NCBI GenBank assembly: GCA_963837955.1 | Contig: CAWIPH010000002.1 | Coordinates: 4,000,001 to 4,064,000, forward strand | Reading direction: 5' to 3' | From: an uncultured Verrucomicrobiae bacterium | GTDB lineage: Bacteria > Verrucomicrobiota > Verrucomicrobiia > Chthoniobacterales > JAFAMB01 | Length of the DNA: 64,000 nucleotides | Shown here: in pieces, positions 1 to 9,867 of the stretch | How positions within the stretch are numbered: position 1 is the first letter of the stretch | How the letters are laid out: every line of letters starts with the position of its first letter | Made by a program: the position numbers and the translations under genes | The notes under the pieces: model-generated | Database searches by the model: none | Seen by the model: the letters and a program-made list of their open reading frames with translations, nothing else | Told to the model about the DNA's origin: nothing

Positions 1-2
1 TC

Positions 3-2750
3 TGTATCGGAACCGGATCGATGATGCACGACGAGCGCCGGATGCATTATTCCACCGAAGTCTATTTTAAGTCGGCGGCGGAAATGGCTCAGTTGTTTAG
101 CGATGTTCCTGAGGCGTTGAGCAATACGGTGCGTATCGCCGAAATGTGCGATCTCAAGCTCGATTTCAATACTTCGAAGTATCCAGCTTACGAACCTCCG
201 CCGGGAACGTCCCGCGACCAGTACTTACGCGATCTCTGCTCCGCCGGATTGAAGAAACGCTATGGCAGCCGAGCCGAAAGTGATCCCGAACTCCAGCAGC
301 GTCTGAGCTACGAGCTTTCGGTCTTGGAGAAGGCCGGGTTCACCAGCTATTTTTTGATCGTTTGGGACTTCATTCACTACGCCAGATCCCACGGGATTCC
401 GGTCGGTCCAGGGCGCGGGTCTGCCGCCGGTTCGTTAGCCGCTTATGTGCTTGAGATCACAGATCTCGATCCGTTGCGGTTCGGCTTAATCTTTGAACGG
501 TTTCTGAATCCCGAACGCGTCAGTCCACCCGATATCGACGTCGATTTTTGTCAAAACCGGCGCGGAGAAGTGATCGAGTATGTTCGGGAAAAATATGGTC
601 CTCGAGCCGTTTCTCAGATCATTACCTTTGGCACATTGGGCGCGAAGAGCGTGATCCGGGATGTCGGCAGAGTCATGGGACTCAGTTACTCCGACGCCGA
701 TCGCATCGCTAAGATGATTCCGAACGAGCTCGGCATCACGCTAAAGAGCGCCGTCGAAAAGAATCCCGAGCTGAAACAGGCCATAGCAACCGAAGAGGCC
801 ACTCAACAGCTCTGGGGATATGCCACCGTGCTGGAAGGGCTCACCCGGAATACCGGTATTCACGCAGCCGGAGTGGTGATTGGTGATCGACCGCTTGACG
901 AATACATCCCCCTTTGCCGGGGCAATGATAACGAGGTCATTACGCAATACGAGATGGGACCCCTCACCGATCTCGGCATGCTTAAAATGGATTTTCTGGG
1001 GCTGAAAACCCTGACGGTCCTGCAGGATGCAACCGTATTGATCCGCGAGAAGCAGCCTGACTTTTCCTTGGAAAATATCCCGCTCGATGATCGGCCGACG
1101 TTTGATCTTCTTAATCGGGGCGAAACAATCGGCGTGTTCCAGTTGGAATCCGGGGGGATGACTAACCTGTGCAAGCAATTCGACGTAAACACCATCGACG
1201 ACATTATCGCGTTAATTGCGCTGTATCGCCCAGGTCCGATGGAGCTGATCCCAGACTATATCAAACGCAAAAAAGGTCTGACCAAGATCAAATATGAGCA
1301 CCCGCTACTGAAGGAAGTCTGCTCCGACACCTACGGTATCATGATCTATCAGGAACAGGTGCAGCGCGCCGCCAACGTTCTGGCTGGCTACACACTTGGA
1401 CAAGCAGATCTCCTCCGCCGAGCCATGGGGAAAAAGGACAAGGAGAAAATGGCCAAAGAGCGGGTGAACTTCATCGCCGGTTGCAAACGCGTGAACGGGA
1501 TCGAAGAAAAAAAGGCGAATGCCATCTTCGACTTGCTGGAGAAGTTTGCCGGCTACGGGTTCAACAAAAGCCACAGCGCGGCTTATGGGCTAATCAGTTA
1601 TCAAACGGCTTATCTAAAAGCGAATTACCCAGTCGAGTTCATGGCTGGGTTGCTTAGCAACGAGGTCAACAATACCGACAAGATTTCAGTTTTCGTTGCC
1701 GAGTGTCAGCGAATGAATATCGCCATTCTGCCGCCGGACGTAAATAAGAGCGGACTGAAATTCGTGCCGGAATTGGAAGCGGAGGGCCGCGGGATTCGCT
1801 ACGGTCTCTCAGCTATTAAGAATATCGGGGAAGCTCCCGTCGCCGCGGCGATTGCGGAGCGGGAAAGATCGGGACCTTTTCAGTCGCTGGAAGAATACTG
1901 TGGCCGATTGGATTCTCGATCGGTCAATCGAAAGACCCTCGAGAACTTGGTACGAGCCGGCGCCTTCGACTTTATCGGCAAAGATCGGGCCGAACTTTTT
2001 AGTCAGATCGAAGCGGCGCTGGCGGCGGGAACGGCCCGCCAAAAAGATCGGCTGACCGGACAGGTGTCGTTATTCGGCGACCTGGAGGTGCCGCATGCCG
2101 CGAAGCGGAACGGTCATGCTAGCAATTTTACGCCGTGGCCATTGAACGAGAAACTTGGTTACGAAAAAGAGCTACTCGGTTTTTATGTCACCGGTCATCC
2201 CCTGGATGCCTATCGCGACTTGATCGAAGCAGGCAGGTTCACGCCAGTGACAGAGCTGTCCGAACAACTGGATAAGGCTCAGGCACGAATTGCCGGATCG
2301 ATTTCGGCGATCGAACGCAAATACACACGTAAAGAAGCCAAGCCGTTTGCGGTGATGACGGTCGAAGATTTCACCGGCTCTGTCGAAGTAATGGTCTGGG
2401 CCGATGTCTTCGCGAGAGCAGTGAAGGAGCTCGAACTTGGGAAAATTGTTGCCATCACGGCGAAGATCGATAGGCGAGACGATAGCGTTCGCCTGATCGC
2501 CACCGAGGTTGAACCCATCACTCGAGGTAAAAGAACACCGGTACTGACGATTGACCTTCCTCTGGAAAAGACGGATGAGGGTCGACTCCTTGCCCTGCGC
2601 GATTTGATCCTCCAATTCCCGGGCCCGCAGCCGCTCTATCTCCGGTTCCGGACCAATGATGGGAGGGAGCTCAAGCTGAAGGCGCATAGCGGTTATTGCG
2701 TTCGGGACGAGGAAGAGTTCCGGACAAAGCTAGCAGAACTGTTGGCGTAA
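3..2750 (+). CDS. dnaE: DNA polymerase III alpha subunit (5' end lies outside the window)
   Basis: Motifs GPGRGSAAGS, PPDIDVDF, KMDFLGLKTL, GFNKSH and a C-terminal OB fold. The frame is open back to the window edge. No intein seen. Confidence 0.97.
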   Translation, partial: CIGTGSMMHDERRMHYSTEVYFKSAAEMAQLFSDVPEALSNTVRIAEMCDLKLDFNTSKYPAYEPPPGTSRDQYLRDLCSAGLKKRYGSRAESDPELQQRLSYELSVLEKAGFTSYFLIVWDFIHYARSHGIPVGPGRGSAAGSLAAYVLEITDLDPLRFGLIFERFLNPERVSPPDIDVDFCQNRRGEVIEYVREKYGPRAVSQIITFGTLGAKSVIRDVGRVMGLSYSDADRIAKMIPNELGITLKSAVEKNPELKQAIATEEATQQLWGYATVLEGLTRNTGIHAAGVVIGDRPLDEYIPLCRGNDNEVITQYEMGPLTDLGMLKMDFLGLKTLTVLQDATVLIREKQPDFSLENIPLDDRPTFDLLNRGETIGVFQLESGGMTNLCKQFDVNTIDDIIALIALYRPGPMELIPDYIKRKKGLTKIKYEHPLLKEVCSDTYGIMIYQEQVQRAANVLAGYTLGQADLLRRAMGKKDKEKMAKERVNFIAGCKRVNGIEEKKANAIFDLLEKFAGYGFNKSHSAAYGLISYQTAYLKANYPVEFMAGLLSNEVNNTDKISVFVAECQRMNIAILPPDVNKSGLKFVPELEAEGRGIRYGLSAIKNIGEAPVAAAIAERERSGPFQSLEEYCGRLDSRSVNRKTLENLVRAGAFDFIGKDRAELFSQIEAALAAGTARQKDRLTGQVSLFGDLEVPHAAKRNGHASNFTPWPLNEKLGYEKELLGFYVTGHPLDAYRDLIEAGRFTPVTELSEQLDKAQARIAGSISAIERKYTRKEAKPFAVMTVEDFTGSVEVMVWADVFARAVKELELGKIVAITAKIDRRDDSVRLIATEVEPITRGKRTPVLTIDLPLEKTDEGRLLALRDLILQFPGPQPLYLRFRTNDGRELKLKAHSGYCVRDEEEFRTKLAELLA

Positions 2751-2911
2751 TCTGCTGCTCCTGTCTCAGATGCCCGGGTTGTCAGCCGGCTCGAAAAATG
2801 CCAGGTGGAGGCGCTGGGGAGACGTCGCGTTCCTGAGCCCCGGGAGACCAGACACCTTTCCTTGCAAATCGCGGTTTTGGCATTAGTGTGCGGGTCCATT
2901 TTCACCTGGGT

Positions 2912-3871
2912 ATGCCTCTGTTTAATCGTGAGATGAAGATATTTTCCGGGACAGCTCATAAGGAGCTGGCCTTGAGAATCGCTGAATCAGTCGGCGTACC
3001 GCTTGCCGATGCCACGGTGACCTCCTTTCCGGACGGCGAGTCACGCGTCAAAATCAACGAGAACATTCGGGGTCGCGACGTCTTTATTGTGCAGCCGACC
3101 TGTCCGCCCACGAACCACAACCTGATGGAGTTGCTGATCCTGATCGATGCGGCTCGCCGGGCCAGTGCGTATCGGATTACCGCGGTCATTCCCTATTTCG
3201 GCTACGCTCGGCAGGACCGCAAAGATCAGCCACGTGTACCAATCACCGCGAAGTTAGTAGCGAATCTCCTGACTGCCGCCGGCTCGGATCGCGTGCTGAC
3301 GATCGATCTCCACGCTCAACAGATCCAAGGGTTTTTTGACATTCCGGTTGATCACCTGTACGCCGCGCCGGTGTTGATCCGGTATATTCAGCAAAAGAAG
3401 CTCGACAATTTGGCAATCGTCTCGCCCGATGTGGGAGGACTAAAACTCGCCTCAGCCTACGCCGAAGCGCTCGGTGCCACATTGGCGATCGTCGGTAAAC
3501 GAAGAAAGAGTCCAACCGAGACCGAAGCCCTTCAAGTGATTGGAGAAGTAGAAGGCAAGAACGTGCTGCTGGTCGACGACTTGACGGAAACAGCAGGGAC
3601 ACTTACCAGCGCGGCCGCACTTCTCAAAAAGCAGGGAGCCAAAGATATCTATGCCGGCGTTTCCCACGCGGTATTTACCGAAATCGCCCACAAGCGATTG
3701 ATGCATTCGGAAATTTTGGAGCTAATCACAACCAACAGCACCCCGGTTCGCCTTCATCCAGATTGCCGGATAACTGTGCTCTCTATTGCTGAACTTCTCG
3801 GCGAAGGAATTCAGCGGATCTACTCAAATGAGTCGGTAAGCTCACTCTTCGATATTAATGCTGAACAGTAA
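2912..3871 (+). CDS. prs: Ribose-phosphate pyrophosphokinase
   Basis: FPDGE, PYFGYARQDRK, DLHA, VSPDVGG, VDDLTETAGT. Start is ATG 2912 or 2933. Confidence 0.96.
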   Translation: MPLFNREMKIFSGTAHKELALRIAESVGVPLADATVTSFPDGESRVKINENIRGRDVFIVQPTCPPTNHNLMELLILIDAARRASAYRITAVIPYFGYARQDRKDQPRVPITAKLVANLLTAAGSDRVLTIDLHAQQIQGFFDIPVDHLYAAPVLIRYIQQKKLDNLAIVSPDVGGLKLASAYAEALGATLAIVGKRRKSPTETEALQVIGEVEGKNVLLVDDLTETAGTLTSAAALLKKQGAKDIYAGVSHAVFTEIAHKRLMHSEILELITTNSTPVRLHPDCRITVLSIAELLGEGIQRIYSNESVSSLFDINAEQ

Positions 3872-3877
3872 ATCATC

Positions 3878-4549
3878 ATGGCGCAACAAGCTAAGTTAAC
3901 GGTGCAAAAGCGGACCCAAGTCGGTCGCAATGCGATTAAGAAAATCAAGGCCGACGGAATGGTGCCCGGTGTGATCTATGGATCGAGCCAGGAACCGGTG
4001 AACCTTCAGGTCAACGGCCGCGAGCTGCTAAACGTTCTTTCACGTGCCTCAGGCGAGAACATACTGGTAGAGCTCGAGATTGAGGACGGCACCGGAAAGC
4101 AAAACGCCCTGGCCATGATCCAAGAGATTCAACACCATCCGCTGCAACGGGAGATCCTTCATGTCGATTTTCATGCGGTTTCCGCCAATGAAACCGTCTC
4201 CGCGGAAGTGCCTCTTGAAACCGTCGGTGAGGCGGTCGGCGTCAAAGTGCATGGCGGATTGTTGGAGCATATCCTGCGTTACTTGGAGGTGGAGTGTTTG
4301 CCTGGCGATCTTCCGCAGGTGATCGAGGTCGATGTAACTAACCTTGACGTTGGCCAATCCCTGCATGTCCATGAACTGAACCTTCCGTCGGGCGTTGAAG
4401 CCATAACGGACCCCGAACAGACGGTGGTCGCAGTGGTCGAGTCCCGGGTCGAAGAAGAGGTCGTCGAGCCTCTGGCCGCACCGACCGCTCCGGAGGTTAT
4501 TACCGCAAAGAAGCCGGAAGAAGGTGCTGCGCCCACGAGCGAATCCTAA
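3878..4549 (+). CDS. rplY: 50S ribosomal protein L25/general stress protein Ctc
   Basis: VPGVIYG, QHHP..ILHVDF, GVKVHGG; conserved prs-rplY-pth context. Confidence 0.95.
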   Translation: MAQQAKLTVQKRTQVGRNAIKKIKADGMVPGVIYGSSQEPVNLQVNGRELLNVLSRASGENILVELEIEDGTGKQNALAMIQEIQHHPLQREILHVDFHAVSANETVSAEVPLETVGEAVGVKVHGGLLEHILRYLEVECLPGDLPQVIEVDVTNLDVGQSLHVHELNLPSGVEAITDPEQTVVAVVESRVEEEVVEPLAAPTAPEVITAKKPEEGAAPTSES

Positions 4550-4555
4550 GTCGGA

Positions 4556-5122
4556 ATGCCTGCGCTTCGGCTGGTTGCTGGTCTTGGAAATCCCGGTCCG
4601 GAGTACACCGACACGAGGCACAATATCGGATTCATGGTCCTCGACGCGTTGGCCCGCGACCAAGGTGTCCATTTTTCGCCGGCCAAGAAGTGGCGATGCG
4701 ATTGGGCAAAATGGAACGAGGTTTTGCTAGTGAAGCCGACGACTTTTATGAATCGAAGTGGTGATGCGATTGGTCCTCTCACTCAATATTTCCACGTCAA
4801 ACCGGAGCAAGTTTTGGCTGTAGTAGACGATGTGGCTTTGCCTCTGGGAAGGTTGCGCATACGGGCCGAAGGCAGCGACGGAGGACACAACGGGCTGAAA
4901 TCGCTGGCTGAGCGCTTGGGAAACGGTTTTCCGCGTTTACGGATCGGAGTCGGAGCTCCGGACAACGAAGAATTGGTTGATCACGTGCTTGGTCGGTTCG
5001 GGCCAAGCGAACGAATCAGAGTAGACCAGGCGGTGGAACGGGCCACCGCAGCCATCCGGCAGGTAGCAACGGAAGGGGTGACCGCAGCGATGAACGTTTT
5101 CAATCGCGAAGAAAATAGTTGA
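4556..5122 (+). CDS. pth: Peptidyl-tRNA hydrolase
   Basis: GLGNPG.EY..TRHNIGF, KPTTFMNRSG, GGHNGLKS, RLRIGVG. Confidence 0.97.
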   Translation: MPALRLVAGLGNPGPEYTDTRHNIGFMVLDALARDQGVHFSPAKKWRCDWAKWNEVLLVKPTTFMNRSGDAIGPLTQYFHVKPEQVLAVVDDVALPLGRLRIRAEGSDGGHNGLKSLAERLGNGFPRLRIGVGAPDNEELVDHVLGRFGPSERIRVDQAVERATAAIRQVATEGVTAAMNVFNREENS

Positions 5123-5129
5123 TTACATT

Positions 5130-5444
5130 ATGAAAAATCGTTATGAATGTTTGATGGCACTCGATACGCGAGGCCAAGAAGATGGTGTAAAAGAGATCGT
5201 TGAACGTCTAGAAAGCGAGTTCGTGAAAGAAGGTGCTTCCGTCGAACAAATCCAGAAAATGGATAAGCGACAACTTGCTTATGCGCCTAGCAATGTGGAG
5301 TCGGCGTTTTACGTGAATTTCGTATTCGAAGCCGAGCCCTCGCTCATCACCAAATTGCGCGGCAAATTCAAGCTCGATCCAATCGTTTTTCTGCAGCATT
5401 ATCAGGTATTGCCGAGTAAGCCGGCCGCAAAAAAAACCCAATAA
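5130..5444 (+). CDS. rpsF: 30S ribosomal protein S6
   Basis: RYE..., KRQLAY, FYVNFVF; 104 aa; directly upstream of ssb. Confidence 0.9.
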   Translation: MKNRYECLMALDTRGQEDGVKEIVERLESEFVKEGASVEQIQKMDKRQLAYAPSNVESAFYVNFVFEAEPSLITKLRGKFKLDPIVFLQHYQVLPSKPAAKKTQ

Positions 5445-5456
5445 TCACTCCCGCCC

Positions 5457-5918
5457 ATGGCTAATCTCAACCGTGTCCTTCTTATCGGAAACCTAACGCG
5501 TGACCCGGAGGTTCGGTACACGCCGAAAGGAACCGCGGTTGCGGATATTGGCATGGCGATCAACCGGGTCATTAGTTCGGGATCCGAAGAGGGCGAACGC
5601 CGGGAAGAGGTTACCTTTGTTGATGTCGTGCTTTGGGGTCGCCTGGCGGAAATCGCCGAACAGTATCTGAAGAAAGGCCGGCCGGTGTTTATCGAAGGTC
5701 GTTTGCAACTCGACTCTTGGGACGACAAACAGACGGGTCAAAAGCGTTCGCGCTTGCGCATTGTGGCCGAGAACCTGCAGCTCTTGGGCAGCCGGGGAGA
5801 TAGCGAGGGCGGGCCAGGTCCAACCGGGGGTCAACGGCGAACCGCGCCGCCTTCACCGCAGCGACCAACTCCCAAAGATCCAGATTTGGACGCCGAGCCG
5901 GACGATATTCCGTTCTAG
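5457..5918 (+). CDS. ssb: Single-stranded DNA-binding protein
   Basis: NRVLLIGNLTRDPE and acidic C-terminal tail DDIPF. Confidence 0.97.
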   Translation: MANLNRVLLIGNLTRDPEVRYTPKGTAVADIGMAINRVISSGSEEGERREEVTFVDVVLWGRLAEIAEQYLKKGRPVFIEGRLQLDSWDDKQTGQKRSRLRIVAENLQLLGSRGDSEGGPGPTGGQRRTAPPSPQRPTPKDPDLDAEPDDIPF

Positions 5919-5941
5919 CTTGCCCGGGGTTAAAACCCGCC

Positions 5942-5993
5942 GGGAGGGATCGCGTCCTCGCGATCCGCGGCGCACGAGGACGTGCGCCCTCCC
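5942..5993. repeat. Inverted doublet of REP-like palindromes (GGAG type)
   Basis: GGGAGGGATCGCG-TCCT-CGCGATCC followed by an inverted unit whose reverse complement is GGGAGGGCGCACG-TCCT-CGTGCGCC. The differences are compensatory within the stem. Confidence 0.7.
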
Positions 5994-6094
5994 CGCCCTG
6001 CGAGAACCACTCACAGAACCGCAAGCTGCTGCCATTCCCGGACTTGATTTCGGGTCAATGATGAGTTTACCAGTCGTAACCCTGCGAATTCCTC

Positions 6095-6739
6095 ATGGCG
6101 AGACCGAGCCAATCGTCCGAAAAACGGCGGTCCTTATCTCTGAGCGATGGGCTAGTCGAGTTTTTTACATCGGTTCTCGAATTGCATCAATGGCTCGACC
6201 GAAATCACACAAAAGAGACCGCTCTCAGGGTCGGATTTTACAAAAAAAAGACAGAACAGCTTGGTGTCACCTATCAAGGAGCACTCGATGAAGCGCTCTG
6301 TTTCGGCTGGATCGATGGCGTTCGCAAGAGCATCGATCAGGGGAGCTACATGATTCGATTTTCGCCGCGCAAACCAAAGAGTATTTGGAGCGCGGTTAAC
6401 ATTAAGCGAGTTGAGGAACTAACCAAACTCGGACGGATGCAGGACGCGGGCATGAAGGCGTTTGCGCAACGACTTCCAGAAAACCAGAACCGTTACTCTT
6501 ACGAGAAGGGTGACAGGTCCTTTGACCAGGATTTTGTTCGCAGATTCAAGGAAAACAAAAAAGCGTGGCACTTCTTTGAGGATCAGCCGGCAGGCTATCG
6601 GCGCACGGCTACTTGGTGGGTCATGAGCGCCAAGAGAGAAGAAACCAAACTCAAGCGACTGGCGATTCTCATTGGTGACTCCGAGCGCGCTGTTAGAATT
6701 TCGGCGGTAACCGGGAGGCAGTCACGGCCAGAAATCTAG
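6095..6739 (+). CDS. YdeI/OmpD-associated family protein
   Basis: ALDEALCFGWIDG, RFSPRKPKSIWSAVN, SAKREETKLKRL. Confidence 0.88.
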   Translation: MARPSQSSEKRRSLSLSDGLVEFFTSVLELHQWLDRNHTKETALRVGFYKKKTEQLGVTYQGALDEALCFGWIDGVRKSIDQGSYMIRFSPRKPKSIWSAVNIKRVEELTKLGRMQDAGMKAFAQRLPENQNRYSYEKGDRSFDQDFVRRFKENKKAWHFFEDQPAGYRRTATWWVMSAKREETKLKRLAILIGDSERAVRISAVTGRQSRPEI

Positions 6740-6780
6740 CCGCTTCAGGTCGGTGGCCCGATCGCTATCATTCGTATATT

Positions 6781-7449
6781 TCATCGCTCAAAAAAGCGCG
6801 CGCATTCTTCCAAATCCTTGACCGTGGCATCCGGTTCGATTCCCCATGGATCAAATACCTGCTCGAGACTGCGCTGCACCCACACTGCCCGGAGGCCCGC
6901 CGATTTTGCGCCGATCACATCCCACGGATTACTGGAGATCAACCAAACACTTCGAGCGTCGGTCCCAACGGATCGCGTCAGGTAGGCGTAAACCGCCGGG
7001 CTTGGTTTGAAGGTACGGATTTCGTCAACGCTGATGATTTGGGTAAAATAACCGGAGAGCTGCGTGCCAAATAATATTTGGCTTATGGCTCGAGCCGTTC
7101 CGTTGGAAAACGCAACAAGCTGCTCTTTGTTCTTGTGCAACTGTTCCAGCGCCATCGACGCATCCGGGAAAGCGGGTAATCGTTGCTGCGCATCCAACAA
7201 CGCTCTTTTTTGTTCTGAATCGAGCTGAGTCCGCATCTCCAGATCGACAAAATCAAGGGCTTGGCGGCTACACTCACCGAAGTCAGCATAATATTGCATG
7301 AGACCGCGCCGGAACGCGTACTCCACAGTCTTTTCGCGCCAACGCGCCAAAAACGCCGGAGCCCGACCTGCCAGAAGTGGCTCCGCGAGTTTTCGGATCC
7401 CATGGACATCCACCAGCGTCCCGTATACATCGAAGGCTAAGACCCGCAT
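6781..7449 (-). CDS. Haloacid dehalogenase type II (HAD family)
   Basis: FDVYGTL, FSNG, FKPSP.VY, SSNPWDVIGAK. Confidence 0.88.
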   Translation of the reverse strand: MRVLAFDVYGTLVDVHGIRKLAEPLLAGRAPAFLARWREKTVEYAFRRGLMQYYADFGECSRQALDFVDLEMRTQLDSEQKRALLDAQQRLPAFPDASMALEQLHKNKEQLVAFSNGTARAISQILFGTQLSGYFTQIISVDEIRTFKPSPAVYAYLTRSVGTDARSVWLISSNPWDVIGAKSAGLRAVWVQRSLEQVFDPWGIEPDATVKDLEECARFFER

Positions 7450-7568
7450 CGGACAGAGTTTCCCGAAAGTGCGCTCTGTTCAAATGCAGACGGCTAGAGT
7501 CTGGAGCAAGCTTCCCGGGTGAATAAACGATTTGTAAATTGCTTCTTGATCAGCAATCTGGTTGGCAA

Positions 7569-9563
7569 ATGTCTCGACCAGCAGTCCCGCCCAGAATCTG
7601 GTTTAGTATTTTTGCTGTGTTTGCGTTCCTAGTCGGCATGGCGGGATTTGCGCGGGGACAAGCCCCCTCGCCCGAGGCAAGTGCCTCACCAGCGCCAGTT
7701 GCGAATGCTGCCGGGCATGACCTCTCAGCTAGTGATCTCCAAAGCTTCTTGGACGGGTTCATGTCACAGGCCTTGGAAAATAGAAATCTGGCCGGAGCGG
7801 TGGTCACGGTTGTCAAAGATGGACAACAACTGTTCGGGGGCGGATTCGGTTACGCTGATGCTGAAAAGAAGAGCCCCATTTTGGCGGACCAGACGCTCTT
7901 CCGTCCCGGATCGATTTCCAAGCTTTTCACAGCGATCGCCGTCCTCCAGTTAGTCGAAGACGGAAAGCTCGATCTCGATCGGGATATTAATGAGTATCTG
8001 GATTTCAAGATTCCGCAGACTTTTCCGCAGGCAATCACACTCCGCAATCTGCTTACTCACACCGCTGGATTCGAAGAGCAAAATAGGGATCTGCTGGTGT
8101 CCCGACCGGAGGATCTCCAATCGCTATCTGATTTTCTCAAGGCGCATACACCGGCACGCATCTTCGCCCCGGGAAGCGTCCCGGCCTATTCCAATTACGG
8201 GGTTGCCCTCGCCGGATACATCGTCGAGCGCGTAAGCGGGATTCCCTTTGCGAAGTACGTCCAATACCAAATTCTGAGACCGCTCAAAATGGATCATTCG
8301 ACGTTTGAGCAGCCGTTGCCGGAGGCTATGCGGTCCGACATGTCCAACGGCTATGAAACAGCATCGGATCCACCGGGTCCGTTCGAACTGATTGCTGAAT
8401 CGCCTGCTGGAGGATTGTCTTCAACCGGAAGCGACATGGCCCGGTTCATGCAAGCGCTCCTCAACGAGGGCAATTTAGACGGCGCCCAAGTTCTTTCCGC
8501 AGAATCGGTTCAGGAAATGGAGAAGCGCGTACTGGTGCTCCACCCGCAGGCTAACGCGATGGGTCTGGTGATAATGGAATACCGGCGAGACGGCCCGCGA
8601 GTGATCGGCCACGGCGGCGACACAGTCTATTTTCACAGCGAACTCCTGCTGATTCCGGAAGCAAACACCGGTCTGTTCATCTCATTTAATACCCTGGGCA
8701 ACAAGCCATCCAGTCCGGCTTCGGAACTGACGGAAGCGTTTCTGCAGCGCTATTTTCCTGTTTCGGTCAATTTGCAATTAGCCATAGCGGCCGCAGGAGG
8801 TGATGGCAAGGCGGTCGCCGGCTCTTATCAGATCAGCCGGCGGGCGGAAACGAACTTGCTCCGGATCGCCGCCCTAGCAAGCCAAGTGACGGTCAATGCC
8901 GATGCTGACGGGATCGTTACCGTGAGTCGTTCCAAGAATTCGCGAGGAGAGCTGAGGCGCTGGCGAGAGATTTCGCCGCTTGTCTATCAGGAGATTGATG
9001 GGAACCGAAAACTAGTGTTTCGATCCGGACCCGACGGACAAATCGCGGATATGACCTACCGGCTTCCAATCGTGCTTTTCCAAAAAGTGGCGTTTCTGGA
9101 GTCCATGCCTTTCGTGGCTACTACCCTCGGAATCGCTCTTCTGATCATTGGTGGCACCGTCGTTCTGTTTCCGATCGCCGTCATTCTGCGCCGGCGCTAT
9201 GGCAAAAAACTATTCCCGCACGATCCTCTCTCCAAGCTGTTCTATGTGGTTGCCCGGATTGTTTGCATCCTTCAGGTGGCCCTCGTTGTGGTTTTACTGC
9301 TCTTTTTGAGCAAACTAGACAGCGAAACCTATCTAAAATTGGCCTCTTCTGAGGATCGATGGCTTGACGCCATTCATTGGCTGGGTTGGATTGGCCTATA
9401 TGGAGGTGTCCTCTTCATGCTCGGGGCTACCTTCTACTTTTGGATCAACCGCAGCGGTCCCATGGCTCATCGCATCCACATGACGTTGCTATTGATCGCT
9501 ACGGCGGTTTTCTTGTTCTACGCCCAGACCTATCACGTTCTCGACAGCTCCAGGCAGTTCTAA
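7569..9563 (+). CDS. Membrane-anchored serine hydrolase (beta-lactamase/PBP-like family)
   Basis: SxxK (GSISK), LLTHTAG, YSN, GHGGD; N-terminal signal peptide and about 4 C-terminal TM helices. Confidence 0.85.
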   Translation: MSRPAVPPRIWFSIFAVFAFLVGMAGFARGQAPSPEASASPAPVANAAGHDLSASDLQSFLDGFMSQALENRNLAGAVVTVVKDGQQLFGGGFGYADAEKKSPILADQTLFRPGSISKLFTAIAVLQLVEDGKLDLDRDINEYLDFKIPQTFPQAITLRNLLTHTAGFEEQNRDLLVSRPEDLQSLSDFLKAHTPARIFAPGSVPAYSNYGVALAGYIVERVSGIPFAKYVQYQILRPLKMDHSTFEQPLPEAMRSDMSNGYETASDPPGPFELIAESPAGGLSSTGSDMARFMQALLNEGNLDGAQVLSAESVQEMEKRVLVLHPQANAMGLVIMEYRRDGPRVIGHGGDTVYFHSELLLIPEANTGLFISFNTLGNKPSSPASELTEAFLQRYFPVSVNLQLAIAAAGGDGKAVAGSYQISRRAETNLLRIAALASQVTVNADADGIVTVSRSKNSRGELRRWREISPLVYQEIDGNRKLVFRSGPDGQIADMTYRLPIVLFQKVAFLESMPFVATTLGIALLIIGGTVVLFPIAVILRRRYGKKLFPHDPLSKLFYVVARIVCILQVALVVVLLLFLSKLDSETYLKLASSEDRWLDAIHWLGWIGLYGGVLFMLGATFYFWINRSGPMAHRIHMTLLLIATAVFLFYAQTYHVLDSSRQF

Positions 9564-9570
9564 CCAGCCT

Positions 9571-9633
9571 TTTTCAGCGAACGACAACGAACGACAACGA
9601 ACGACAACGAACGACAACGAACGTCAGCGAACG
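9571..9633 (+). repeat. Tandem 10-bp repeat (ACGACAACGA)x4 with degenerate flanking copies
   Basis: Four exact copies at 9581-9620, flanked by TTTTCAGCGA and ACGTCAGCGA. Confidence 0.9.
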
Positions 9634-9867
9634 TTTGCTTTTTTAAGACTCAGCAGAAAGCCGATTTCGGCCTTCAGCCGCCGATTTCCTACGACCAATC
9701 ACATCCGCCTCTATCTGAGATGCATATGAGAATAAATCCGCCACAAAAGCCAGAATTTTGAGGTCTGGCGTCAGGTTTTGGGTTGATTTGATGATCTCGA
9801 ATCTTTTTCGAGATTTTTTCAGAAAATTATTGCCGCTCCCTAGCTTCTTCTGTTGCTCTATATAGCC

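Noticed and set aside
3..2750. Intein or split in dnaE
   Set aside because: The GYGFNKSH region is continuous; the short length is explained by truncation at the window edge.
5761..6291. 176-aa ORF spanning ssb, the REP doublet and the YdeI gene
   Set aside because: Overlaps two well-supported genes out of frame; Arg/Pro-rich composition typical of spurious frames.
7569..9563. Beta-lactam resistance gene
   Set aside because: SxxK/YxN/HxG serine hydrolase with C-terminal TM helices; these are common esterase/peptidase-like proteins and there is no evidence of beta-lactamase function.
9571..9633. CRISPR array
   Set aside because: Contiguous 10-bp units with no spacers, and no cas genes.
9794..9819. 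ATCTCGAA-N5-TTCGAGAT followed by a T run
   Set aside because: AT-rich stem that could be a weak terminator or an operator; cannot be assigned.
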